Positions 52,176 through 59,911 of a stretch of DNA of 64,000 bases are shown here, piece after piece. The notes under the pieces were generated by a model. It was not told the DNA's origin. It ran no database searches and worked only from the letters and a program-made list of their open reading frames with translations. Origin of the DNA: Pseudomonadota bacterium (GTDB taxonomy: Bacteria > Pseudomonadota > Gammaproteobacteria > Steroidobacterales > Steroidobacteraceae); assembly GCA_031398625.1 (NCBI GenBank), contig JANNNQ010000447.1, forward strand, positions 11,520 to 75,519, written 5' to 3'. The first letter of the stretch is position 1. Every line of letters begins with the position of its first letter. A program made the position numbers and the translations under genes.

Positions 52176-52483
52176 TCACCATCTACGGCGCCAGCGACGA
52201 CACGGTCGTGGTCTCGGGCGACATCAGCGAGGAGTTCGATGCGCTCAGCTTGAAAGGGCCCGCCATCCTTGCGTTCAGCGATGGGACGGTCCTCTCGATC
52301 GAGTACGCCGACGAGGGCGACGACGGAATCTGGCGGATCAAACCGGTGCACGTCCCCGACTCCGAACTCCTGACGATCTCCCGGTGCCCCGTAAACGGCC
52401 CCGGGTACTCGGATCGGGCGGAACTGCGGGCCGACTGCGACTGGGTCGTCTACGGGTCCGCAGTGGCGTCCAACCGGCACTGA
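52172..52483 (+). CDS. hypothetical protein
   Basis: GTGA-coupled, 103 aa. Confidence 0.5.
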   Translation: MITIYGASDDTVVVSGDISEEFDALSLKGPAILAFSDGTVLSIEYADEGDDGIWRIKPVHVPDSELLTISRCPVNGPGYSDRAELRADCDWVVYGSAVASNRH

Positions 52484-52537
52484 CCTCTCACCCCGACCAA
52501 GTCACGCTCCGGCACACCAACCAGCAGGGGGAACGGC

Positions 52538-53386
52538 ATGACAACAGACACCGCGATCGACAACCCAACCGACGTCGGAACCATCCGCACCGAAGTCATG
52601 GTCTCCACCGGCGACCTACGAAACGCCCTCCGCGCCGTCGTAGTCCACGCAGGCAAGGACGACGAGGTACCGATCCTCCAACGGGTCCGGTTCTACATCC
52701 GCGACGGCAACATCATGATCGCCGCCACCAACCGCTACACCGTGGGTCTCGGCCTCGTCAGCATCTGGAGCGACACCGAAGACGACGACACCGTCGTCGA
52801 CGTAACCCCCGCCCAGGTCGGCGAAATCCTCGCCATGTTCAAGTCGGCGAAGGAGAAGAAGGGCGACGACGCCGGGGACGACGACCTGCGTCTACGGATC
52901 ACCGACCGGTTCCTCGTCGCTACCGACGTCGCCGGATTCTTCCCCGGCAAGGAAGTCACCTGGCCCCGCGTCGCCAACGAGGACAACTACCCGGACCTCC
53001 CGACCCTCGTCGGCCGGATGCTCGCCACCGCCGGCTCTGCCAGCGCCTCGACGATGCACACCAACGGGTCGTTCCTCGCACTGTTTAAGGCGGCATCCAG
53101 CGTCTACGACGAGATCCTGACGGTGGAACCGACTAGCGAAAAGCAGGGCGCCCTGTTCGTGACGGTCGGGGAATCGTTCCTCGGGGCGATCATGCCGATC
53201 AAGCCGTCCGACGAAGCGGTGATCGAACAGGCCGCGCACCGCCGGGCGTGGGACGCCCGGCTCGGGCAGGTCGACATGGGGACCGGGGAACTCGACCCGA
53301 TCGTGCCGCCACCGGTTGCCGATGAACCAGAGGAAGGGCTCAACTCTGGCGGCACCCGCGAGATGGGCTTCTCTGACCAGTCCTGA
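52538..53386 (+). CDS. DNA polymerase III beta (sliding clamp)-like protein, short form
   Basis: LRNALRAVVVHAGKDDEVPILQRVRFYIRDGNIMIAATNRYTVG follows the DnaN N-domain pattern. 282 aa. Confidence 0.45.
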   Translation: MTTDTAIDNPTDVGTIRTEVMVSTGDLRNALRAVVVHAGKDDEVPILQRVRFYIRDGNIMIAATNRYTVGLGLVSIWSDTEDDDTVVDVTPAQVGEILAMFKSAKEKKGDDAGDDDLRLRITDRFLVATDVAGFFPGKEVTWPRVANEDNYPDLPTLVGRMLATAGSASASTMHTNGSFLALFKAASSVYDEILTVEPTSEKQGALFVTVGESFLGAIMPIKPSDEAVIEQAAHRRAWDARLGQVDMGTGELDPIVPPPVADEPEEGLNSGGTREMGFSDQS

Positions 53387-53462
53387 TCCGCTATCTCCCC
53401 GGCCGCGACGCGGTGCGGGTGAACGACTCACGCCACGGAAGGCAGCAACCGGAAGGCAAGCC

Positions 53463-53915
53463 ATGCCCCGCAATCCCTACTACGAGAGCGACAACCCGTC
53501 GACCGTCGTCCGAGGCGCAACCTGGCGCGGCGGAATCTGGGTCCTCGCAGTCGTCCTCATTGCTTTCGCCATCGGCGCAGTCATCCTCGTCATCAACACC
53601 ATCGCCGCATCCCCCCGGGGCCAAGCGCAGGCGTACCAGCAGAAGGAATCCGCGAACAACCGCGTCTTCGCCCAGCAGTACTTCGAGCAAACCTCGGCCG
53701 AGATCATCGCCACCAAGGCGAAAATCAACCGCGCCGGACTCGTCCTGAACCCCACTGAGAAGCAGCAGGCCAACCTCGAAGGACTGCAGAGCTACTGCTC
53801 CACCATCGTCGGCCAGTACAACGCCGCCGGCCGCTCGTACACCACCCAGCAGTTCAAGGCAGCCGACCTTCCCGCCACCTGGGACCCCACCACCGATTGC
53901 GAGCCCACCAAGTGA
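53463..53915 (+). CDS. N-terminally anchored membrane protein
   Basis: TM segment IWVLAVVLIAFAIGAVILVINTI. 150 aa. Confidence 0.55.
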   Translation: MPRNPYYESDNPSTVVRGATWRGGIWVLAVVLIAFAIGAVILVINTIAASPRGQAQAYQQKESANNRVFAQQYFEQTSAEIIATKAKINRAGLVLNPTEKQQANLEGLQSYCSTIVGQYNAAGRSYTTQQFKAADLPATWDPTTDCEPTK

Positions 53916-54436
53916 ACAAGCGCACCCTGACCCTCGGCTCCGCCGGTCTTGTCGCCCTCGTCGTCCTCCTGTCTGCCTGCGAGGACGGATCCAGTAGCAG
54001 CCAGAAGCAGGCCAAGGCCCTCGGTGACCTCGCGTACAAGCAGCAGACCGCCGCCGTCCCGTACCCGGCAGCGCAACTCCGCGACTCGCTTGAGCGACGC
54101 AACCTCTCCGAGCGACTGCTGCGGGAGAACAAGCCCAACCGCATCCAGTACGTGTACCTCCTCGGCGACACCGGCACCTACATCGGGTACTACGTCATCA
54201 AGGGGAAGGTCTCGTCGAATCAGTCGCAGATGCTCCCGCAGGACGAGGAGATCGACCACGGTTCGTACGGGCAGGCGGTAGTGGATGGGCCCGGGGATGA
54301 CGGGTCGTTCGGTGAGGACGCCCAGGGTCAGTTCTTCTTCACCACCGAAGGGACCATGGTCTCCACTGACATGCGCTACATCGTCTCAGACCAGCCGTTG
54401 GACGTGAACGCACCGAAGCTGAACGTCGCGAAGTAG
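53912..54436 (+). CDS. lipoprotein
   Basis: Signal peptide with lipobox LLSAC (VNKRTLTLGSAGLVALVVLLSACEDG). GTGA-coupled. Confidence 0.65.
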   Translation: MNKRTLTLGSAGLVALVVLLSACEDGSSSSQKQAKALGDLAYKQQTAAVPYPAAQLRDSLERRNLSERLLRENKPNRIQYVYLLGDTGTYIGYYVIKGKVSSNQSQMLPQDEEIDHGSYGQAVVDGPGDDGSFGEDAQGQFFFTTEGTMVSTDMRYIVSDQPLDVNAPKLNVAK

Positions 54437-54448
54437 CAGCACCAACGA

Positions 54449-54490
54449 GAACGGCCCGCCGACCTCATCGCGAGGCTTGGCGGGCCGTTC
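54449..54490. terminator. bidirectional terminator hairpin between convergent blocks
   Basis: 12-bp arms GAACGGCCCGCC / GGCGGGCCGTTC, followed by TGGGGTTT on the + strand. Confidence 0.65.
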
Positions 54491-54502
54491 TGGGGTTTGG
54501 CG

Positions 54503-54778
54503 CTACTGCTCCGATCCGGCGGTCCGGTAGTGGTCCTCAACCTGCGACCGCAGTTCGTCGGCGAGCCACCCGGGATCGAACCCCACGTCCACGGGCGCGA
54601 CGTGCCGCAGGTGCGCCGCCAGAGTCCGCACGTCCTTCACGGGCAGCGTGAGCGTCATCGGCGCTTCGTCCGTGGGGGGCCACAGGCCGTCGAGCAGGTC
54701 GCGCAAGCCGCTGGGGATGGCATCCACCTCGGGCCGCTGAATCGACATCTTGAACGGCCAATCCTCGGGCTTGGTCAT
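54503..54778 (-). CDS. hypothetical protein
   Basis: 91 aa, ATGA-coupled to the upstream gene. Confidence 0.5.
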   Translation of the reverse strand: MTKPEDWPFKMSIQRPEVDAIPSGLRDLLDGLWPPTDEAPMTLTLPVKDVRTLAAHLRHVAPVDVGFDPGWLADELRSQVEDHYRTAGSEQ

Positions 54779-55356
54779 GAGCTGATCCCCTTCGGCTCCG
54801 ACAGTTCCTTCGCGACGTCCACCCGTGGGCAGTCCAGGGCGCCCCGTTCGGCGTTCCCGAACTTCAGCAGAGCGGCCTTTCCTTCGGTGGACTCTCCGTC
54901 CCAGGTCTCTCCGGTGAACTCGTTCTGCCACCACCAGTCGGAACCGATGTACCGGGCAGCGGCAGCGCAGGCCATGATCAGGTAGGCGTGCAAGTCCTCG
55001 CAGCCCGCACCATTGTCCGAGGTGCGCTGGTAGCCGTAGGTGGTGTCCCACGTGATGTGGAACGAGGCTCGGGGCCACGTATCCGGCTCATCGTCGTCCT
55101 CTTCTGGCGGGTACGGGTTCTTGAGGTATCCGTCGAGTCCGTAGGTCATCTCGAGGATCGCGGGGAAGCCCTGGCCGATGCTGTTGTGAAAGCTCGGCGC
55201 CCACAGGGTCAGGTCTTCTGGTCGCCAGTGTTCGTCGCCGGGTGTGGCAACGTGCTTCCATTGGCCGTTCTCTGACCCGATGAGTTTCTGCAGGTACCGG
55301 AACATGCGCTGCGGGTCGTAGCTCCGCTCAATCCAGACGCTGGTGTTGAGAGTCAT
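54775..55356 (-). CDS. hypothetical Trp-rich protein
   Basis: 193 aa. Confidence 0.55.
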   Translation of the reverse strand: MTLNTSVWIERSYDPQRMFRYLQKLIGSENGQWKHVATPGDEHWRPEDLTLWAPSFHNSIGQGFPAILEMTYGLDGYLKNPYPPEEDDDEPDTWPRASFHITWDTTYGYQRTSDNGAGCEDLHAYLIMACAAAARYIGSDWWWQNEFTGETWDGESTEGKAALLKFGNAERGALDCPRVDVAKELSEPKGISS

Positions 55357-55369
55357 CGTGTTCCCCTTC

Positions 55370-55678
55370 TCAGGCGTTCAGCTTGGCGGAGATCGCGGGC
55401 GTGTGCGTGGTCGTTGCGGCGATTCCCTGGCTGAGCGCCACGGATACGAGCGTCCCGAGGGAGGCGATGAGTTCCATCGTCTCGGTCAGCGACATGGAGG
55501 AGAGGGCGTGGTCGGCGTTGGTGTCGAGGAAGATCCTCGGTTCGCCTCCGGGGTCGGTGATCCAGGCGGCACCACGGGGTGTGTCGATGAGGTCAGAGGA
55601 GTGGTGCCAGCCGGGGGTGTCGTGGGTTGCGGTGCACCAGGTGGGGCAGGTCTTCGTACGGGTGGCAAGATTGGCCAC
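55370..55678 (-). CDS. hypothetical protein (DUF6907-like, tentative)
   Basis: TKTCPTWCTATHDTPGWHHS motif. GTG start. Confidence 0.5.
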   Translation of the reverse strand: MANLATRTKTCPTWCTATHDTPGWHHSSDLIDTPRGAAWITDPGGEPRIFLDTNADHALSSMSLTETMELIASLGTLVSVALSQGIAATTTHTPAISAKLNA

Positions 55679-55713
55679 GGTTCGATCCTTTGTGAGATGA
55701 GGTTCGGATCAAG

Positions 55714-55747
55714 GGCCCGGCCAGGAGGTGAGATTCCTGGCCGGGCC
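55714..55747. promoter_or_regulatory. 13-bp-arm perfect inverted repeat in divergent promoter region
   Basis: GGCCCGGCCAGGA-8 nt-TCCTGGCCGGGCC, between the starts at 55678 (-) and 55829 (+). Confidence 0.4.
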
Positions 55748-55828
55748 ACCGTCGTTTGGCGGTACCTGAACCTTGCCTCATCACTCAGCGTATTGTCAAC
55801 GTGACCGACACATGCGTAGTGTGGAGTC

Positions 55829-56029
55829 ATGGGAATTGTTGAGGATGAACAGAACGCCGCCAGAGAGGAACTCCTGGCCGCCGTACGCCAACGCACCGAG
55901 GCAGATGCCGCCATCAAGGCCGCCGTGAAGCGATGCCGGGAAGCGCGCCTGCCCGTCGCCGAAATCGCTCGCGTAGCCGACGTCACCCGCGAGACGGTCT
56001 ACCGATGGACGGGACGGCCCGTCAGATGA
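55829..56029 (+). CDS. small HTH protein ending at an in-frame TGA
   Basis: LPVAEIARVADVTRETVYRW. TTGTCA-18 nt-TAGTGT lies upstream. Confidence 0.55.
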   Translation: MGIVEDEQNAAREELLAAVRQRTEADAAIKAAVKRCREARLPVAEIARVADVTRETVYRWTGRPVR

Positions 56030-56269
56030 GCGCGGCTTCACTGGTTCAAGCGCCACGGCATCGACCTCGCGGGTGTCGCGGTCCCGGGCTGGGTCATCTG
56101 CGAAGACGACCCCCTGGACCGGTGCATCTGGTACGACGCCATCCATCTAGCCATGGACGGGAGCGCCGCCCGTGACGGCTTCGGCACCGTGCGGACCAAG
56201 GTCCAGCTCGAGGGACGCGCCCTGCCGCTCCCGGATTTCTGTTCTGACGATTCAAGCAAGAGCGCTTAG
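56030..56269 (+). other. start-less coding-like extension in frame with 55829-56029 (readthrough product or nonsense-disrupted gene)
   Basis: 79 sense codons with about 80% GC3 directly follow TGA 56027-56029. There is no ATG/GTG/TTG before codon 42. It ends at TAG 56267-56269. Confidence 0.4.
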
Positions 56270-56655
56270 GAGAACAAGCCGTCTTTCGCCCAGTCGATTG
56301 CCATCCACTCGGCGTGGCCCTTCCGGATCCCGGCCAACGCGTCGGGGATGGATGCCCACCGCACCCACCTCGTGGGGTTTGTGTTGGTGTCGACGTGATC
56401 ACCGAGGTCCACGGCACCAACGATGACGCTGGCATTCAACTCCACCTGGATTCCGTCGTCTTCGTCGGCCCACTTCCGCCGCTGATCGGTGTCCGGGAAC
56501 GTCAGACTCAGTCCGCCCTCCGAACCCTTCCGGCATTGGTCCGTGGACGTCGCCTCCCAGAACGAATACATCTCGTCGATGAGGTTGCTCATCTCAGCGA
56601 GAGCGGCGAGATCATCCTCATCGAGACGGTAGAAGTCCCGAGCATCAACTGGCAT
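56266..56655 (-). CDS. hypothetical acidic protein
   Basis: 129 aa. Confidence 0.55.
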   Translation of the reverse strand: MPVDARDFYRLDEDDLAALAEMSNLIDEMYSFWEATSTDQCRKGSEGGLSLTFPDTDQRRKWADEDDGIQVELNASVIVGAVDLGDHVDTNTNPTRWVRWASIPDALAGIRKGHAEWMAIDWAKDGLFS

Positions 56656-56674
56656 GGGTCAAGGGTAGAACCGC

Positions 56675-57004
56675 TCACGGTGTTACCGAGCCGTCGTCAT
56701 GCACCACCGCCAACCGCTCCGGGACCACCACCCCATGCGCTTCGCAGGCCGCCTCCAGCTTGTGGACGTCCGCCGTCGCGATCGCCGGGGCCAACTCCTC
56801 CGCTGACGCCCGGATGTCCGCCGACTCTGCCTTCGCCGCGAGGGTCCCAGCACGGAGGATTCCGCCGGCCCGCACGTTCCCGTCAGAGGATTGGTAGATC
56901 TCGACGAGGATCGCGCAGGCCTGCCACCCGTTCGGGTCCGCAGATTCGAACGAGGGGCCACCGCAAGCGGCCAGGAGAAAGACCAGGGCGAGGCATCGGC
57001 GCAT
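56675..57004 (-). CDS. lipoprotein
   Basis: MRRCLALVFLLAACGG lipobox. ATG 57004 is preferred. Confidence 0.6.
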   Translation of the reverse strand: MRRCLALVFLLAACGGPSFESADPNGWQACAILVEIYQSSDGNVRAGGILRAGTLAAKAESADIRASAEELAPAIATADVHKLEAACEAHGVVVPERLAVVHDDGSVTP

Positions 57005-57134
57005 GGCCCGATGCTGCCCACCGAACACCGTTCAGGGCGGCGAATGCGCGATCTCCCGAACTAGCCACACAAACAACCGGTGATCAAGGGCGTCCGACAC
57101 GTACGGTGATCCGATGATTACGGTACGGCTCGCC

Positions 57135-57806
57135 CTAAAGGCCCAAGATCTGAAACTCGTCCGCACCCTCAGCCAGCTTCAGGAGCGGCACCCCAAACAC
57201 CTCGCACAGTTTGCCCAGATCCATCGCGAGCACCTTCCGCTGCCCGGTCTCCAGTTCGGCGACCGTGGTCTTCGACCATCCCAAGTGGGCGGCGAGTTCC
57301 CGTTGCGTCCATCCTCGACGCACCCGTTCCGCCGCAACGTTCCTCGGGAGAATGGCGTCCAGATTCCGGGCCGTTGCGCCCTTGGGCGGGCGAGGCGCGG
57401 GAATCGAGGCGGCGGACCTGCGCGAGACAGTGGCCGCCGACTCTTTGCCCGGCGTCTTGCCCAACGAGGCGGCGAATTGGACGGTGGTGTCGAAATCGTG
57501 CTCGAAGTACTCGTTGGTCCCGGGAGATCGGAACGCGGGCCCTCCTCCAGAGCAATGACGGATCAGTTCCCGCTCATTCTCAACGGCCTCAACGTGCGGA
57601 ATCGACACCCACACCTTGACGACAGGCCGACCGAAGACCCGACCGTTGCGGACATGTTCTCCAATGCGCCTTGCGGGGTGCTTGGCCAGGCCGACCTTGA
57701 TCCCGCCGGAATCGAAGGAGACGACGTAGATGTGCGCCTCGGGGCCAGCTGCAGGTATGCCCGCGTATTCGTACGGGAGGAGAATTGGCGTGGCAGACTT
57801 GCTCAT
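57135..57806 (-). CDS. T5orf172/GIY-YIG-like domain fused to C-terminal XRE HTH
   Basis: N-terminus HIYVVSFDSGGIKVGLAKHPARRIGEH...NEYFEHDF. C-terminus GWTQRELAAHLGWSKTTVAELETGQRKV. AGGAG upstream. Confidence 0.6.
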   Translation of the reverse strand: MSKSATPILLPYEYAGIPAAGPEAHIYVVSFDSGGIKVGLAKHPARRIGEHVRNGRVFGRPVVKVWVSIPHVEAVENERELIRHCSGGGPAFRSPGTNEYFEHDFDTTVQFAASLGKTPGKESAATVSRRSAASIPAPRPPKGATARNLDAILPRNVAAERVRRGWTQRELAAHLGWSKTTVAELETGQRKVLAMDLGKLCEVFGVPLLKLAEGADEFQILGL

Positions 57807-57923
57807 GGGTCACTCCTGGCTTTGCGGTCCGAGTGGCTCTGAGGCGCTACCCCTAGCCGGGTGGCGCCTCGCCGTTTTACCTAGCCAGGATACCGAACAC
57901 TCTTACGAAGAGTGCGCATTCAG

Positions 57924-58160
57924 CTACAGGCCGAGGTCGTCGATCTCGTCCGCGCCTTCAGCGAGCTTCAGCAGGGACACGCCCAGCACCCGACATAGCA
58001 ATCCGAGGTCGTTGGCGAACACCGCACGCTGTCCGGACTCGAACTCGCTCAACGTAGACCGTGCCCAGCCGAGGCGCTCGGCAAGCTCACGCTGCGTCCA
58101 CCTCTTCCGCGCTCGTTCGGCCGCAACGTTTCTCGGGACGACATCACCGAGGGTAGGCAC
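57924..58160 (-). CDS. XRE HTH protein, paralogue of the C-terminus of 57135-57806 (possibly a truncated copy)
   Basis: RWTQRELAERLGWARSTLSEFESGQRAV...LLKLAEGADEIDDLGL is about 60% identical to its neighbour. GTG 58160 is the only usable start and has no clear SD. Confidence 0.45.
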   Translation of the reverse strand: MPTLGDVVPRNVAAERARKRWTQRELAERLGWARSTLSEFESGQRAVFANDLGLLCRVLGVSLLKLAEGADEIDDLGL

Positions 58161-58331
58161 AGAGCCGAACGGTATTGACAGTCTCCGACCATCACACGGC
58201 CGGGGTGAACAGCGTTCGGTGATGATGACGCCATGTCGGCGCTGATGACCTAATTCGGGAAAAACCTTCACCGAACAGAGTTCGCGGCGTACGTTGCAAG
58301 GAGTAGTCCACCCCTCTACAGGAGGTGAACG

Positions 58332-58652
58332 ATGGCAACGCTCCGCGGAGGCCCCGCAGAGGGCCTCCAAATCCCCGACGGTTCCAAAGACATCGAATGG
58401 GTGGCGACCACCCTGGACGACATAGGCAGGCCCATCCCCGACCAACCCGAGCCAGGCCACGCCCTCGTCCTCCCCGACGACGTCACCCCCGCCACCGAAG
58501 CCCTCCTGAACAAGCCCGGCCTTAAGTGGCAGTGCTACCGGAAGGGCGGGGCCATCCTCCCCGAGCTCGGCGAATACGACCCCCACGACGACCTCCCCAT
58601 CCCCACCGAAGGCACCGTCTACCGGTGGGTGTGTCGCAGGAGAGAACCATGA
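58332..58652 (+). CDS. hypothetical protein
   Basis: ATG follows AGGAGG. 106 aa. Confidence 0.55.
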   Translation: MATLRGGPAEGLQIPDGSKDIEWVATTLDDIGRPIPDQPEPGHALVLPDDVTPATEALLNKPGLKWQCYRKGGAILPELGEYDPHDDLPIPTEGTVYRWVCRRREP

Positions 58653-58765
58653 GCGCCACCACGGTCATCTACGCCGTGGACGCCGTCGTCGCTGTCTACG
58701 GCACTGGGTACCTCGCCGTCACCTGCTTCGTGACGAGACGCAAAGAGCGTGACTGCTGGCATTAG
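58649..58765 (+). CDS. 38-aa membrane peptide
   Basis: ATGA-coupled. MSATTVIYAVDAVVAVYGTGYLAVTCFV... Confidence 0.35.
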   Translation: MSATTVIYAVDAVVAVYGTGYLAVTCFVTRRKERDCWH

Positions 58766-58881
58766 AGCCCCTCACGGCGGCCCTAGGCCCTGACCGTCGT
58801 GACACCACACGGCCGCGCCGGTCCGGCACCCCCTCACCGGGCCGACGCGGTTGTAGACCCGGTAGGAGTGCCGGGGAAAGC

Positions 58882-58918
58882 AGAGAGCCCCACCTGAATG
58901 GGTCAGGTGGGGCTCTCT
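58882..58918. terminator. 16-bp perfect hairpin between convergent genes
   Basis: AGAGAGCCCCACCTGA-5 nt-TCAGGTGGGGCTCTCT. No clear U-tract. Confidence 0.5.
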
Positions 58919-58931
58919 CGCGCTTGGAGGG

Positions 58932-59162
58932 CTAGACGTCGATTCCGTCGGGCGGCGTCTCGGGGTCGCGGATCAGCTGACGGCTCTTCCGCTCCGCCCA
59001 CTCCTCGAACTCGTCTTTGTCCCAAACCCTCGTCCGGCGGACCCCGACGTAGTGAGTCTCTGGGAAGTCTGGCGTGAGTATCAACTGCTCGACGCGGGTA
59101 CGGGAAACGCCCAGCATCTTCACGACGTCGGCGAATCCCAGAAGCTCCACGAGGGTCAGCAT
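58932..59162 (-). CDS. HTH protein (excisionase/AlpA/MerR-like)
   Basis: MLTLVELLGFADVVKMLGVSRTRVEQL...RVWDKDEFEEW. The ORF part upstream of ATG 59162 has low GC3. Confidence 0.55.
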   Translation of the reverse strand: MLTLVELLGFADVVKMLGVSRTRVEQLILTPDFPETHYVGVRRTRVWDKDEFEEWAERKSRQLIRDPETPPDGIDV

Positions 59163-59188
59163 ACGGACCAAGGTCCTGTGTACTTGCT

Positions 59189-59206
59189 CCTGTGCATGTG
59201 CACAGG
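59189..59206. promoter_or_regulatory. perfect palindrome CCTGTGCA-TG-TGCACAGG
   Basis: It lies 27 nt upstream of ATG 59162, in the divergent region with 59293 (+). Confidence 0.4.
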
Positions 59207-59292
59207 GTAGCTTCATTGATGAGGCGCTGACCAGCGGCGCACGTCACAAGGAGTGCCGAAATGGCGATCCTCAAGCGGCTACGAGGCAGACA

Positions 59293-59511
59293 GTGAAGAA
59301 CCCAGGACGCACCACGGCCATCACCTGCTTCGCCGCACTCCTGGCCGTCACCCATCTCCTCAACTTCGGCATCTGGTGGAGCCTCGCCGTTTTCATTGCC
59401 GCCGACCTCGCGGTCCTCGCGGTCTGGATGTCGTCACCCCGATCCCAGGGCGTCCGCCCCGCGGAGGAAGTCGAAGCTGAGCCCGTCGAGGAACAGGCAG
59501 TGGCGTCATGA
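59293..59511 (+). CDS. 2-TM membrane protein (Spd-like position)
   Basis: AITCFAALLAVTHLLNFGIWWSLAVFIAADLAVLAVW. GTG start. Confidence 0.5.
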   Translation: MKNPGRTTAITCFAALLAVTHLLNFGIWWSLAVFIAADLAVLAVWMSSPRSQGVRPAEEVEAEPVEEQAVAS

Positions 59512-59693
59512 CGCGCCGCCTGCTGCTCCTCGGTTGGTGGAAGCGGGACTGGGCGCATTGGTCGGGCACGGCACGTCGGCGGATCAGCATCCCACCCGTC
59601 CGCCCATCCAACATCGCGGCGTCCCGCGAACCGCTTGACACCGACCTCCTCCTCTGGGAGCAGGAACTACGACACAAAGGAGTAGGCCGATGA
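59508..59693 (+). CDS. hypothetical basic protein
   Basis: ATGA-coupled, 61 aa. Confidence 0.45.
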   Translation: MTRRLLLLGWWKRDWAHWSGTARRRISIPPVRPSNIAASREPLDTDLLLWEQELRHKGVGR

Positions 59694-59911
59694 TGACCAT
59701 CGGAACTCTCTTCCTCGTCGCCTTCCTCTGGTTCGGCCACCGCCGAGGCTTCCTGGCCATCGGGTCCGTAGTCATCGGCCTACTCGTCGGCCTCGCTGCC
59801 TCCGGAGATGCCGCCGACTCCATCGGCAAGGGCGCCCGCGAATCCGCCGCCGCCATCGGCACAGGAATTCAAACCGCCGCCGTTTCCACCATGGACGCGA
59901 TAGTCAAATGA
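59690..59911 (+). CDS. 2-TM membrane protein (Spd-like position)
   Basis: ATGA-coupled, 73 aa. Confidence 0.5.
   Translation: MMTIGTLFLVAFLWFGHRRGFLAIGSVVIGLLVGLAASGDAADSIGKGARESAAAIGTGIQTAAVSTMDAIVK

Larger units (their letters stand above)
1..54490. mobile_element. temperate siphovirus-like actinophage genome segment, unintegrated (attP intact) configuration
   Basis: Order is capsid, head-tail, major tail, chaperone, tape measure, minor tail, lysis, attP, int, immunity, recombination, replication. High GC3. Most genes are joined by ATGA/GTGA overlaps. Confidence 0.85.

Noticed and set aside
56026-56175. An ATG-initiated 49-aa ORF overlapping the TGA of the HTH gene.
   Set aside because: It has low GC3 and an Arg/Pro-rich product. 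The zero frame is the coding-like one.
54437-58331. A possible phage/host or phage/second-element boundary at the bidirectional terminator.
   Set aside because: There are no housekeeping genes, second att copy, integrase or direct repeats of the att core in the window. The block looks like phage accessory cargo, but the boundary question cannot be settled from this window.
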